A stretch of 64,000 nucleotides of DNA, taken from contig LFSI01000050.1 in assembly GCA_001512545.1 (NCBI GenBank), forward strand, positions 3,204 to 67,203, written 5' to 3'. The notes beneath the pieces were generated by a model. The model saw nothing but the letters and a program-made list of their open reading frames with translations, ran no database searches and was not told where the DNA came from. The position numbers and the translations under genes were made by a program. The stretch is from Clostridia bacterium DTU065 (GTDB taxonomy: Bacteria; Bacillota; DTU065). Position 1 is the first letter of the stretch, and the number at the start of each line of letters is the position of its first letter. This document shows positions 56,568-64,000 of the stretch, one piece after another.

Positions 56568-57083
56568 TTAATCGCGTAGGCGTTTAAGCGTTGGCACGAT
56601 GGCCAGCACAATAAGAGTTGCCACGATGATCTCCAGCACCCCATTGGTGTATGCGACTCTAACCACTACATCCAGTGGCAGATATCCGCGAAGCAGAATC
56701 ATCCCCAGTACCCCAATGGTGTTTGTAGCTGTACCAACTATCGCCGCTACCCATTCCCTACCTGTAGCCTTGTAGGCAAGGTAGGCGGTAATGCCGATCA
56801 CAAGCCTCGGAAGGACCGAAACAAGAGGATCAGCCATAGCAGGTGATCTCGGCGTAAGGAAACTGGAGAAGCCGAAGATCAAACCCGTTGCCATTCCGAC
56901 ATAAGGGCCTTCTAGCACCGCTCCCAATATAACCGGGATATGCATGAGGGTGATGTTGAGTCCCCATGGTGTTGGAATGTAGCCTAGTGAAGTTGCGCCG
57001 AGCACGACGGCGATACCTCCTAGAAGACCTGCAACGGTAATCTTACGCACTGACGTAGAAACGTTCCATTGGCCTTTTTGCAT
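56568..57083 (-). CDS. Small integral membrane protein, ECF-transporter S-component-like
   Basis: 171 aa. 5-6 TMs with Gly-rich helices (GLLGGIAVVLGATSLGYIPTPWG..., IGVLGMILLRGYLPLDVVVRVAYTNGVLEIIVATLIVL). The assignment rests on size and topology only. Confidence 0.45.
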   Translation of the reverse strand: MQKGQWNVSTSVRKITVAGLLGGIAVVLGATSLGYIPTPWGLNITLMHIPVILGAVLEGPYVGMATGLIFGFSSFLTPRSPAMADPLVSVLPRLVIGITAYLAYKATGREWVAAIVGTATNTIGVLGMILLRGYLPLDVVVRVAYTNGVLEIIVATLIVLAIVPTLKRLRD

Positions 57084-57140
57084 TTTGAATTAACCTCCCA
57101 TCTCTGCCAAAACGGTCAGAGTGAATTTGGTTCTACAGCT

Positions 57141-57731
57141 TCACTTCATTGAAGCTTTCGGTTCATACTCCGGCCACAGTTCTCTGAGGAGAACCCTCAG
57201 CCGGTAGTGATCTTCTGGAGTAAAGTGCATGTTCAGTGCTTTTTGAATCATGTTCTGATACTCAGTTACTCTCAAATCATTAGTGATCTCGTAGCCTTCT
57301 TGTCTCAAGTAGGCATCCACAGGATACATCCATTTGCCAGTATCTCTTCTTGCCAGAGCTCTAGCATTTCTGCTCCACCGTGCAACAATCCGTTCAACGG
57401 GGAGCTGCAGTCTGAAAGAGATCTGCATCACAATGTACAGTATCCTGATATAAATAACCCATATAAGCCTAGAATAAGTTCCATATCCAAAACCTTGGAG
57501 TTCTTCCGGACGATTTAGGGATTCGGCAAACTCGTAAGTGAGAACAAAGAGCATCGCCGCAAGCAATATCGTCCAGCCGGTAGACATATTTTTCGGTAAA
57601 ACGCCTAAATATACACCTAAAGTCCAAAGTAAGATAGGAATAATGCTTAATGCAAGGTACACGAGATCATCTTTGAGAATATCCTTAAAGCTCCTTCTTG
57701 CCAGATGGATGTAAGGATACTTAGATTTCAT
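57141..57731 (-). CDS. Hypothetical membrane protein
   Basis: 196 aa. Three predicted TMs, basic cytoplasmic tail. No motif recognised. Confidence 0.45.
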   Translation of the reverse strand: MKSKYPYIHLARRSFKDILKDDLVYLALSIIPILLWTLGVYLGVLPKNMSTGWTILLAAMLFVLTYEFAESLNRPEELQGFGYGTYSRLIWVIYIRILYIVMQISFRLQLPVERIVARWSRNARALARRDTGKWMYPVDAYLRQEGYEITNDLRVTEYQNMIQKALNMHFTPEDHYRLRVLLRELWPEYEPKASMK

Positions 57732-57806
57732 CTCTGTTCCTACCTCCTTTGTCTATACGACTCACTGCTATTTTACCACAAACTTTTTGCCAGTTATAGG
57801 GGAGAC

Positions 57807-59465
57807 CTAGTACAACTTTCTCCCCTGCGCAGTACGGCTACTTGCTCCCAATTCGAGAAGGTTTTTCGCCACAATTAGCTCGTGATCCATTCTATTGCCA
57901 AAGGCAGATGAGTCGGTAATAGCTTTGACCTTGAGATACTCAATGTGGTCCCGAACATGGGCTAAAGCTTCGATGTAGCCTGAGCCTGTAGGTGCCATAA
58001 CCAGCTTAGACAGCTTCTCGGAAAGCTGCCTGATATCGGCGACCCAACTTGCAGGTGCCTGAGTCTCAATCTCAGCCACGTTTAGCATCAAAGCCCGCCA
58101 CGGATCTTCGTGGAGCGTAGTTGACTCTTTCTTTGTCAGGATCTTTGTCAAAAGATCTACAGAGAACTGATCCAGCTTATCCAGATCTTTGAAAACTAGG
58201 CTTCCTCTAAGAAGCAGTCTGTTGATACTTTGAAGAAACTCAATTCGCGTCATATCATCGCCGAGAGTGAGCACCGGATAAGGCAGGAATGTGTCCCGGA
58301 CAGCACTCATCTGTCTGAGCATGAGATCGTACTCTTTTGCAGTATTGATCTGAGGGAGAAAGTAATCTATATAATCCCTCTCTATCCAGCTTTTCCAATC
58401 GAGAAGTTTTTCAAACTTCAGTTCGTCCAAGTACAGATCGTCGACAATAACCATTGCACCGACTTTTACCCCTGGGTAATTAGTCGTTACTGCTCTGGAG
58501 ATCTGCCCCACCAAACTGTTGATCTGTTCTGCTCTCCACTCATCCCAGTCCACTCGCAGCCTATCCTTGACCTTGAGTGGATCGTAGCTGTAATTCTCCT
58601 GGAAATAGTTGCGAGAGAAGACGTCGTAGGAGTAGTCGTTAATCTCCATGTCCCTTCGAGGGAGATCCAGCCTAAGGATCAGAGCCGAGATGTTGTAGCC
58701 TGCAAGATCCTGGGCTCTGGCAACGTAGTACCTTCGCACGTCAGGATGGGACATGTTCAAATAAACTTTGTCGTAGTCGTCGAAGATATCCCCGTACTCA
58801 TTTACCGCAACCCAATCGGGATACTTCGAAGCGATCAATGGCAGCTGTCCTTTGGCTGCAAAGCCAACATCCATAATCAGAAAGAGCTGGAGTCCGTACT
58901 CCCTGGCAAGGTTACCCACTTCCCTGAGCACGTCTGACCCTTGGAGAAGCCGATGCTGCTCCTGGTCTCTAGTTGGATAGAGTGTATATCCGTCTTCTGT
59001 CATAGTTTCAACAATAATTCCGTTGAAACCCAGCTCCTTGATACTTGATAAATACCCACTAATATCCCTAGCTAAAGCTTTTTTGCCAAGCTCCTCGGCA
59101 CTGACATAAGCCATTTTGGTAGTGGCAGGAAGGCTATAGCTGACATTTACCCAAAACTCTTCCAGCTTGATTCGGGACTGTCGAAACAGACCCTCACCCT
59201 CTGCTTCCACCTTCTCCGCAAGCTCTGCAGCCATGTCCAGGTCTTTTCTGGCAGCAAGAATCTCTTTACTATCATAGGCTTTTTCCATATAATTGAAATA
59301 TTGTTGTGCTTCCTTTAAATCCTTCTGCAAAGAGCTGTAGAGCATGGGTAGATCTGCTCTCACACCTACAGCAACTAGCAGGATCAGAAATAGGAGCACT
59401 GTCATTCGTTTTCGAGTCACAGCTTCTCGCCTCTCATTTTTGTAAGATCTATAGTAAAATCGCAT
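57807..59465 (-). CDS. Secreted glycoside-hydrolase-like family 10 (GHL10/DUF187, YngK-like) protein
   Basis: 552 aa. Signal peptide MTVLLFLILLVAVGVRA. TIM-barrel-like region FNGIIVETMTEDGYTLYPT...QLFLIMDVGFAAKG...WVAVNEYGD..., typical of 'family 10 glycosylhydrolase' proteins. The C-terminal third is unassigned. Confidence 0.55.
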   Translation of the reverse strand: MRFYYRSYKNERREAVTRKRMTVLLFLILLVAVGVRADLPMLYSSLQKDLKEAQQYFNYMEKAYDSKEILAARKDLDMAAELAEKVEAEGEGLFRQSRIKLEEFWVNVSYSLPATTKMAYVSAEELGKKALARDISGYLSSIKELGFNGIIVETMTEDGYTLYPTRDQEQHRLLQGSDVLREVGNLAREYGLQLFLIMDVGFAAKGQLPLIASKYPDWVAVNEYGDIFDDYDKVYLNMSHPDVRRYYVARAQDLAGYNISALILRLDLPRRDMEINDYSYDVFSRNYFQENYSYDPLKVKDRLRVDWDEWRAEQINSLVGQISRAVTTNYPGVKVGAMVIVDDLYLDELKFEKLLDWKSWIERDYIDYFLPQINTAKEYDLMLRQMSAVRDTFLPYPVLTLGDDMTRIEFLQSINRLLLRGSLVFKDLDKLDQFSVDLLTKILTKKESTTLHEDPWRALMLNVAEIETQAPASWVADIRQLSEKLSKLVMAPTGSGYIEALAHVRDHIEYLKVKAITDSSAFGNRMDHELIVAKNLLELGASSRTAQGRKLY

Positions 59466-59613
59466 TGTAGCATTTCTTGTTGAACGGCTTTAATTCCTAC
59501 CTAAAACTAAAACTGCAGGCAGAAATATGGTAGAATAGTGCTTGTAAAGTTGTGTAAATCACAATGGAGGTTCCACTGCAAAACGATTTGCGGTTTCCTC
59601 CTGGAGCATCTTT

Positions 59614-60138
59614 ATGGAGGTGTCGCCTGTGGCTATGAATAGTGAAAACGAGAGCGCCTTTCTGAGCGAATTGGATAGAGAGCAGCTCTTAAACGATATT
59701 GAGATCTTGGTCAAGGGGGACGGCCACTGGCTACCATCTCTGGCCAACACCGCTGCACTGCTTTTTGAAAGGATGCCCAATGTAAGCTGGGTGGGTTTCT
59801 ACCTTCTCAAAAGCTCCGTCTTAATGCTTGGTCCATTCCAAGGAAGAGTAGCCTGCGTCCGCATAGACATCGGCAAAGGTGTCTGCGGCACGGCTTTTAT
59901 AAAACAAGAGACTATAATTGTGCCCGATGTTCACGAATTTCCAGGGCATATCGCCTGCGATCCTCGGTCAAACTCTGAGATCGTTGTTCCCCTGTTTAAA
60001 GACGGCAGGGTCATCGGGGTCTTGGACATCGACAGCACTTCTAAAGCAAGATTTACAACAGATGACCAAGTGATGCTGGAAAAAGTTGCCCAAATAGTAA
60101 CGGCTAACTGCAATATTGAAGAATTTGTTGATAACTGA
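59614..60138 (+). CDS. msrC: Free methionine-(R)-sulfoxide reductase (GAF-domain, YebR/MsrC family)
   Basis: [99 protein letters not shown] matches E. coli YebR nearly motif for motif (NWAGFYLL...LGPFQGKIACVRIPVGRGVCGTA...HIACDAASNSEIVLPL...IGVLDIDS). An alternative start is the ATG at 59635, with GGAGGTG 12 nt upstream. Confidence 0.88.
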   Translation: MEVSPVAMNSENESAFLSELDREQLLNDIEILVKGDGHWLPSLANTAALLFERMPNVSWVGFYLLKSSVLMLGPFQGRVACVRIDIGKGVCGTAFIKQETIIVPDVHEFPGHIACDPRSNSEIVVPLFKDGRVIGVLDIDSTSKARFTTDDQVMLEKVAQIVTANCNIEEFVDN

Positions 60139-60151
60139 GAGGAGTTTTGAC

Positions 60152-61534
60152 ATGACACTGACTATGGAGCGTCTAACAAACCTATGTAAGACCCGTGGTT
60201 TTATCTTTCCAGGTTCGGAAATCTACGGCGGACTGGCTAACTCCTGGGACTATGGTCCGCTGGGAGTCGAGCTTAAAAACAACATCAAAAAAGCTTGGTG
60301 GAAGAAGTTCATCCAAGAATCCCCCTACAACGTAGGTGTGGACGCCGCTATTCTCATGAATCCTAAAACGTGGGTTGCGTCAGGTCACGTTGGCGGCTTC
60401 TCAGATCCGCTGATCGACTGCCGCAAATGTAAAGAAAGGTTCCGTGCAGATAAGCTCATCGAAGACTACAACCGTTCTCAAAACATCGATATACAGGTAG
60501 ACGGTTGGTCTAATCAGAAGATGGAAAGCTACATCGAAGAAAAAGCCATCCCCTGTCCCAGCTGCAAGAGCCATGATTTCACGCCCATTCGCCAGTTCAA
60601 CCTCATGTTCAAAACCTTCCAGGGTGTAACGGAAGAGTCGAAAAACGAAATCTACCTCCGTCCTGAAACGGCTCAAGGAATCTTCGTGAACTTTAAGAAC
60701 GTCCAGAGAGCTGCTAGGAAGAAACTTCCTTTCGGGATTGGCCAAATCGGTAAGAGCTTCCGCAACGAGATCACACCTGGAAACTTCATCTTCAGAACTC
60801 GCGAGTTCGAACAGGCAGAGTTGGAATTCTTCTGCAAGCCTGGTGAAGACCTCAAGTGGTTCGAGTACTGGAAGAGCTTCTGCTACAACTGGCTCCTTGG
60901 TCTAGGAATACCAGAAGAAGACTTAAGAATCAGAGACCACTCTCAAGAAGAGCTGTCCCACTACTCTGTGGCTACTTCGGACATCGAGTACAGGTTCCCA
61001 TTTGGTTGGGGCGAACTGTGGGGCATTGCCGATCGCACCGACTTCGACCTCACTCAGCACATGGAGCACTCCGGCGAAGACTTCCACTACTTCGATCAAG
61101 AAACCAACGAAAAGTACGTACCTTACGTCGTTGAGCCGTCTGTTGGCGTAGATAGATTGCTGCTTATGGTCCTTTCTTCCGCTTACAAAGAAGAGGAACT
61201 AAGCGACGGAACCACAAGATCGGTCCTTAAGTTCCACCCGGTACTTGCTCCGTTTAAGGCAGCAGTCCTTCCTCTTACGAAGAAGCTCTCTGAGCCTGCC
61301 ACAGAAATCTACCACAGCTTGATGAAGGACTTCATGGTCGACTACGATGAGTCTGGCTCCATCGGCAAGAGATACCGCAGGCACGACGAGATCGGCACAC
61401 CTTACTGCATCACCGTCGATTTCGATACCCTGGAAAACCAGACAGTCACTGTAAGAGACAGAGACTCTATGGAGCAAGAGCGCATCCACATTAACGAACT
61501 AAAAGCCTATCTAGCAGAAAAAACTGCCTACTAA
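60152..61534 (+). CDS. glyQS: Glycine--tRNA ligase (dimeric alpha2 type)
   Basis: ATG at 60152 with RBS GAGAGGAG 7 nt upstream; the ORF-track start at 60116 is a TTG inside the upstream gene. [46 protein letters not shown]..., [25 protein letters not shown] and the class II aaRS motifs identify GlyRS. Confidence 0.93.
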   Translation: MTLTMERLTNLCKTRGFIFPGSEIYGGLANSWDYGPLGVELKNNIKKAWWKKFIQESPYNVGVDAAILMNPKTWVASGHVGGFSDPLIDCRKCKERFRADKLIEDYNRSQNIDIQVDGWSNQKMESYIEEKAIPCPSCKSHDFTPIRQFNLMFKTFQGVTEESKNEIYLRPETAQGIFVNFKNVQRAARKKLPFGIGQIGKSFRNEITPGNFIFRTREFEQAELEFFCKPGEDLKWFEYWKSFCYNWLLGLGIPEEDLRIRDHSQEELSHYSVATSDIEYRFPFGWGELWGIADRTDFDLTQHMEHSGEDFHYFDQETNEKYVPYVVEPSVGVDRLLLMVLSSAYKEEELSDGTTRSVLKFHPVLAPFKAAVLPLTKKLSEPATEIYHSLMKDFMVDYDESGSIGKRYRRHDEIGTPYCITVDFDTLENQTVTVRDRDSMEQERIHINELKAYLAEKTAY

Positions 61535-61557
61535 GCAGTGTTTAATACAGAGACAGG

Positions 61558-61596
61558 AAAGGCACTTGATGCTGCAAAGATCAAGTGCCTTTTTTC
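61558..61596 (+). terminator. Rho-independent terminator of glyQS
   Basis: aaaGGCACTTGATgctgcaaagATCAAGTGCCttttttc: a 10-bp stem with a 9-nt loop, followed by a T6 tract. It begins 24 nt after the stop. Confidence 0.8.
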
Positions 61597-61712
61597 ATCA
61601 TCGAAGGTATTCCTACCAATTTCTGGTGTTGTCACTGCAGCTTGGGCTTTCCTGCCGGTTCGATCAAGTTCCCGCTCTTATAGACAGAAAAAGCCTTCCG
61701 TAAAGGTAGGCA

Positions 61713-62171
61713 TCACACGTTCTCCATCGAGGACTCAAGCAGCTCCACAATGGCTTTCTTAACTTCTTCTTTATTTTCGCGCAGTATAATAACATCAGAA
61801 ACTAGGGGCTCCAGTTCTGAAGGTAGTGATTCGTCCGTTGATGTGACAGCCAAGACCACTTTCTTGTTCTTCGCTGCTTTAGCAACCTTCGTCACAATGT
61901 CCTCGGTCAACCTGGGCGTGTCGATGAAGATGAACGGTTCGGTTCTTTCTTCCACTATTGATGGCAACTCTTCCGGAACTGGGCAGTAAAAATAACTAGA
62001 TCTCTGAAATCCGCACTCATGAACCAGGTGCATCATCTGTTCAAAATCATGGTCGCCATCCAAGAAAGCGGCCGAATCGCGAACCTCTGAAAAGCTCTGA
62101 CGGAGCACACTCGACTTCCCGCCTCCAGGTTTCCCGAGGACGACAATAAATGGTTTGTTCACAGCCACCAC
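61713..62171 (-). CDS. Small P-loop NTPase-like hypothetical protein
   Basis: 152 aa. Walker A VVLGKPGGGKSS. A possible Walker-B-like segment (PFIFIDTP). No further family assignment could be made. Confidence 0.45.
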   Translation of the reverse strand: MVAVNKPFIVVLGKPGGGKSSVLRQSFSEVRDSAAFLDGDHDFEQMMHLVHECGFQRSSYFYCPVPEELPSIVEERTEPFIFIDTPRLTEDIVTKVAKAAKNKKVVLAVTSTDESLPSELEPLVSDVIILRENKEEVKKAIVELLESSMENV

Positions 62172-62352
62172 CCTTTCTTTCTTCTTAGTTAAAGATTTCT
62201 TTACAAGAAACTTTTTTCCTTTAGCGACACGCGAATTTAAAACCGTACCTTGTACTTTTAAATATACCCAGTTTGGTTTCTAATACACACAACGAGATTT
62301 TAAACGATAATTTTTGTAGACTTATTGACGAAAAATAAGACAGGATTTGGGC

Positions 62353-62381
62353 TTGACAATTTAAGCATATAGGCATATACT
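62353..62381 (+). promoter_or_regulatory. Sigma-70/SigA-type promoter upstream of trxA
   Basis: TTGACA (62353-62358), a 17-nt spacer, then TATACT (62376-62381). It lies ~35 nt upstream of the trxA RBS GGAGG. Confidence 0.55.
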
Positions 62382-62414
62382 TAAATCATAAAAAGTGGTT
62401 GAGGAGGTTTTTCC

Positions 62415-62726
62415 ATGCCTATAGATTTGACAGATCTCAATTTTGAAAAAGAAATCGCAAGTGGTGTTACCCTGGTAGATTTTTGGGCCCCTTGGTGCGG
62501 ACCATGCCGCATGATGGCACCGATCATCGAGAACCTTGCAAAAGAGTTCGAAGGACGGGCAAAAATCGCCAAGATGAACGTCGATGAAAACCCCATGACA
62601 CCGTCTAAATTCCACATTCAAGGAATCCCAACGATGATCCTGTTCAAGGACGGGAAAGCCGTAGACATGGTAGTAGGATATACGAGACAGCAAGAGTTGA
62701 GCGCAAAGCTAAACAACCTGCTATAG
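62415..62726 (+). CDS. trxA: Thioredoxin
   Basis: 103 aa. WAPWCGPCRMMAPI (CGPC active site). Typical thioredoxin length and fold motifs (GIPTMILFKDGK). Confidence 0.93.
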   Translation: MPIDLTDLNFEKEIASGVTLVDFWAPWCGPCRMMAPIIENLAKEFEGRAKIAKMNVDENPMTPSKFHIQGIPTMILFKDGKAVDMVVGYTRQQELSAKLNNLL

Positions 62727-62755
62727 AAAAAGGCCTGATATAGGCCTTTTTTTTT
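62727..62755 (+). terminator. Rho-independent terminator of trxA
   Basis: aaaaAGGCCTgatatAGGCCTttttttttt: the palindromic stem is extended by A/T pairs and followed by a T9 run. It starts immediately after the stop. Confidence 0.8.
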
Positions 62756-62839
62756 GTGACCTCTTGTGAGCTGCAGATAGGCACTTTTTTTGTTTCTCAC
62801 GCCTATTATAGATTAACGCAGCTTATAGGAGGCGTTTTT

Positions 62840-63057
62840 ATGAGCAATTTGATCAACGAGGACATTATCAAGCAGATCCGCGCTCGATTGGAGAAGATGC
62901 CTGCAGAGCAGAGAAAAAAGTTAGCCGAAGATGCAATGCGGCTTGTTGGTACAAACGATCCCGAAAAGCTCAAAGAGATATTGAAAAACCAACTGCCAAA
63001 CATGGACCCAAACCTGCTGCAAGAAACTCTGGATAAACTGTTAAAGGAGAATATGTA
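62840..63057 (+). CDS. Small hypothetical helical protein, translationally coupled to the downstream S8 protease gene
   Basis: ATG at 62840 with RBS AGGAGG 8 nt upstream. The ORF track begins earlier, at a non-ATG start. The 72-aa product is Lys/Glu-rich (MSNLINEDIIKQIRARLEKMPAEQRKKLAEDAMRLVG...). Its stop TAA at 63055-63057 abuts the ATG at 63058 (ATGTAATG). Confidence 0.4.
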
Positions 63058-64000
63058 ATGAGTTTTCTCATGGCTCTGCTCATTCTCATTGCACTTTTCT
63101 CCTTGTCTGAAAACGGGGATCATCCAAAAAGGAGAAGATCTCGCCGTCATATCCTATATACCGAATCTGATTCCTGTCTCGAAGAATGCTGCAAAAGGGC
63201 CCATTCTATTGGCATAAAAATAGTCAAAGAGCTGCCATTTATAGGCGGCGTGGTATGTGAAACGGCAGACGGAGAGGACGTAAAGCTTCTCACTCTGGAA
63301 AGAGACGTGAAAATCGAAGAGGACGTCAAAGTTTATGCTACTTGCCTGGGTTTTGGGAGGGACCAAGCCGCTGTCGGAGCGATACCTCCCGACACCATAA
63401 CCCTCACAGGCGCTCCAAATCTTTGGAAAAAGACCACAGGTAAGGGCGTTTCCATTGCGGTTATAGATACGGGCATAGCAGAACACTCTGATCTTAGGGT
63501 CAAAGGCGGCATTTCAACTTTAGGCGAAGTCCACACTGAAAACTTTCGCGATGACAACGGTCACGGGACTCATGTTGCTGGTATCATTGCAGCCTGCGGC
63601 AGAGATCAGGGCCTCTTAGGCATGGCTCCCGATGCTGATCTCTACGCTGTTAAAGCTTTAGATCGATATGGCAGTGGTTTTGTTTCGGATATTATCGAAG
63701 GCATTGCTTGGGCTACGGAACACAGAATGAATATCGTTAACCTCAGCCTTGGTACTGCCGAAAAAAGCGAAGCTCTGCGGAGAGCCGTCAGGAAAGCGGT
63801 CGCTGCATCAACTATTCTTGTTGCTGCATCAGGCAACAGCGGCGGTACCGGCAGCCCCGGAGTTCTGTATCCTGCCAAATTCTCTGAGGTGGTCAGTGTA
63901 GGGTCCGTTGACTCCGATGGCAAGCTCTCTAGCTACACATCATACGGGCCAGAACTGAACATCCTGGCTTACGGTGAAAACATCCTTTCCACGTACCTGA
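63058..64000 (+). CDS. Subtilisin-like serine protease (peptidase S8) with N-terminal anchor and I9-like propeptide. The 3' end runs off the window, so the CDS is partial.
   Basis: MSFLMALLILIALFSLS is a hydrophobic N-terminus. A propeptide-like segment follows. The catalytic Asp sits in VSIAVIDTGI. The catalytic His sits in HGTHVAGIIAA. The oxyanion-hole Asn sits in NLSLG. The Ser motif lies beyond the window end. Absent from the ORF track because there is no stop within the window. Confidence 0.85.
   Translation, partial: MSFLMALLILIALFSLSENGDHPKRRRSRRHILYTESDSCLEECCKRAHSIGIKIVKELPFIGGVVCETADGEDVKLLTLERDVKIEEDVKVYATCLGFGRDQAAVGAIPPDTITLTGAPNLWKKTTGKGVSIAVIDTGIAEHSDLRVKGGISTLGEVHTENFRDDNGHGTHVAGIIAACGRDQGLLGMAPDADLYAVKALDRYGSGFVSDIIEGIAWATEHRMNIVNLSLGTAEKSEALRRAVRKAVAASTILVAASGNSGGTGSPGVLYPAKFSEVVSVGSVDSDGKLSSYTSYGPELNILAYGENILSTYL

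Noticed and set aside
59466-59613. Possible T-box or other leader RNA upstream of glyQS
   Set aside because: Firmicutes glyQS is often T-box regulated. Here glyQS starts 13 nt after the msrC stop, which leaves no room for a leader. The 148-nt region upstream of msrC shows only a possible extended -10 (TGgTAGAAT). It has no specifier-loop or T-box-like conserved sequence that I can recognise.

Overview
This window appears to come from a Firmicutes-type chromosome that also encodes a complete Gram-negative-style outer membrane (OM). Genes from position 1 to 59465 are all on the minus strand; only the last ~4.5 kb (59614-64000) is plus-strand coding. Minus-strand gene order, 5' to 3' (high to low coordinates): GHL10-like glycoside hydrolase, membrane proteins, coaX, hflX, sugar-phosphate isomerase, DUF1385, prfA, prmC, sua5/tsaC-family, LMW-PTP, rpiB, upp, dCMP deaminase, wecA/tagO-like, UDP-GlcNAc 2-epimerase. 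Then a sporulation-type pair (degenerate LytM/SpoIIQ-like gene and a SpoIIID-family regulator), followed by flgF-flgG-flgA-flgH-flgI-rod-binding protein. Then a SpoIVB-like S55 peptidase, tamB, bamA, skp, a coiled-coil protein, lpxD, two small OM beta-barrels, lptF/G, lptD, an LptC-like lipoprotein and lptA. Then a putrescine-aminotransferase-like gene, an atypical ABC transporter, lpxC, fabZ, lpxA, lpxI, lpxB plus two LpxB-family paralogs, msbA, lptB and a second lptF/G. Then a DUF3084-like coiled-coil membrane protein and an SLH / coiled-coil / C-terminal-TM protein of the kind that tethers the Thermotoga outer membrane (Ompalpha-like). Last come a RuvX-like gene and an OM beta-barrel, a tandem-repeat periplasmic protein and a very large multi-SLBB Wza-like polysaccharide exporter that runs off the window start. 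The plus-strand end holds fRMsr (GAF), glyQS, trxA, a small ORF and an S8 subtilisin that runs off the window end. No rRNA, tRNA, CRISPR array or mobile element was seen. Firmicutes-type synteny is mixed with a full LPS/Lpt/Bam/Tam/L-P-ring gene set. That mix, with GC near 50%, suggests a diderm Firmicute (Negativicutes/Halanaerobiales-like) or a related Terrabacteria lineage; this is inference only. Most novelty candidates are context-dependent rather than one self-contained new system. The main ones are a Wza-like/OMP/repeat-protein trio, an Ompalpha-like tether in a Firmicute context, an atypical ABC transporter inside the lpx cluster, and an S55 peptidase whose Ser motif precedes its His segment.
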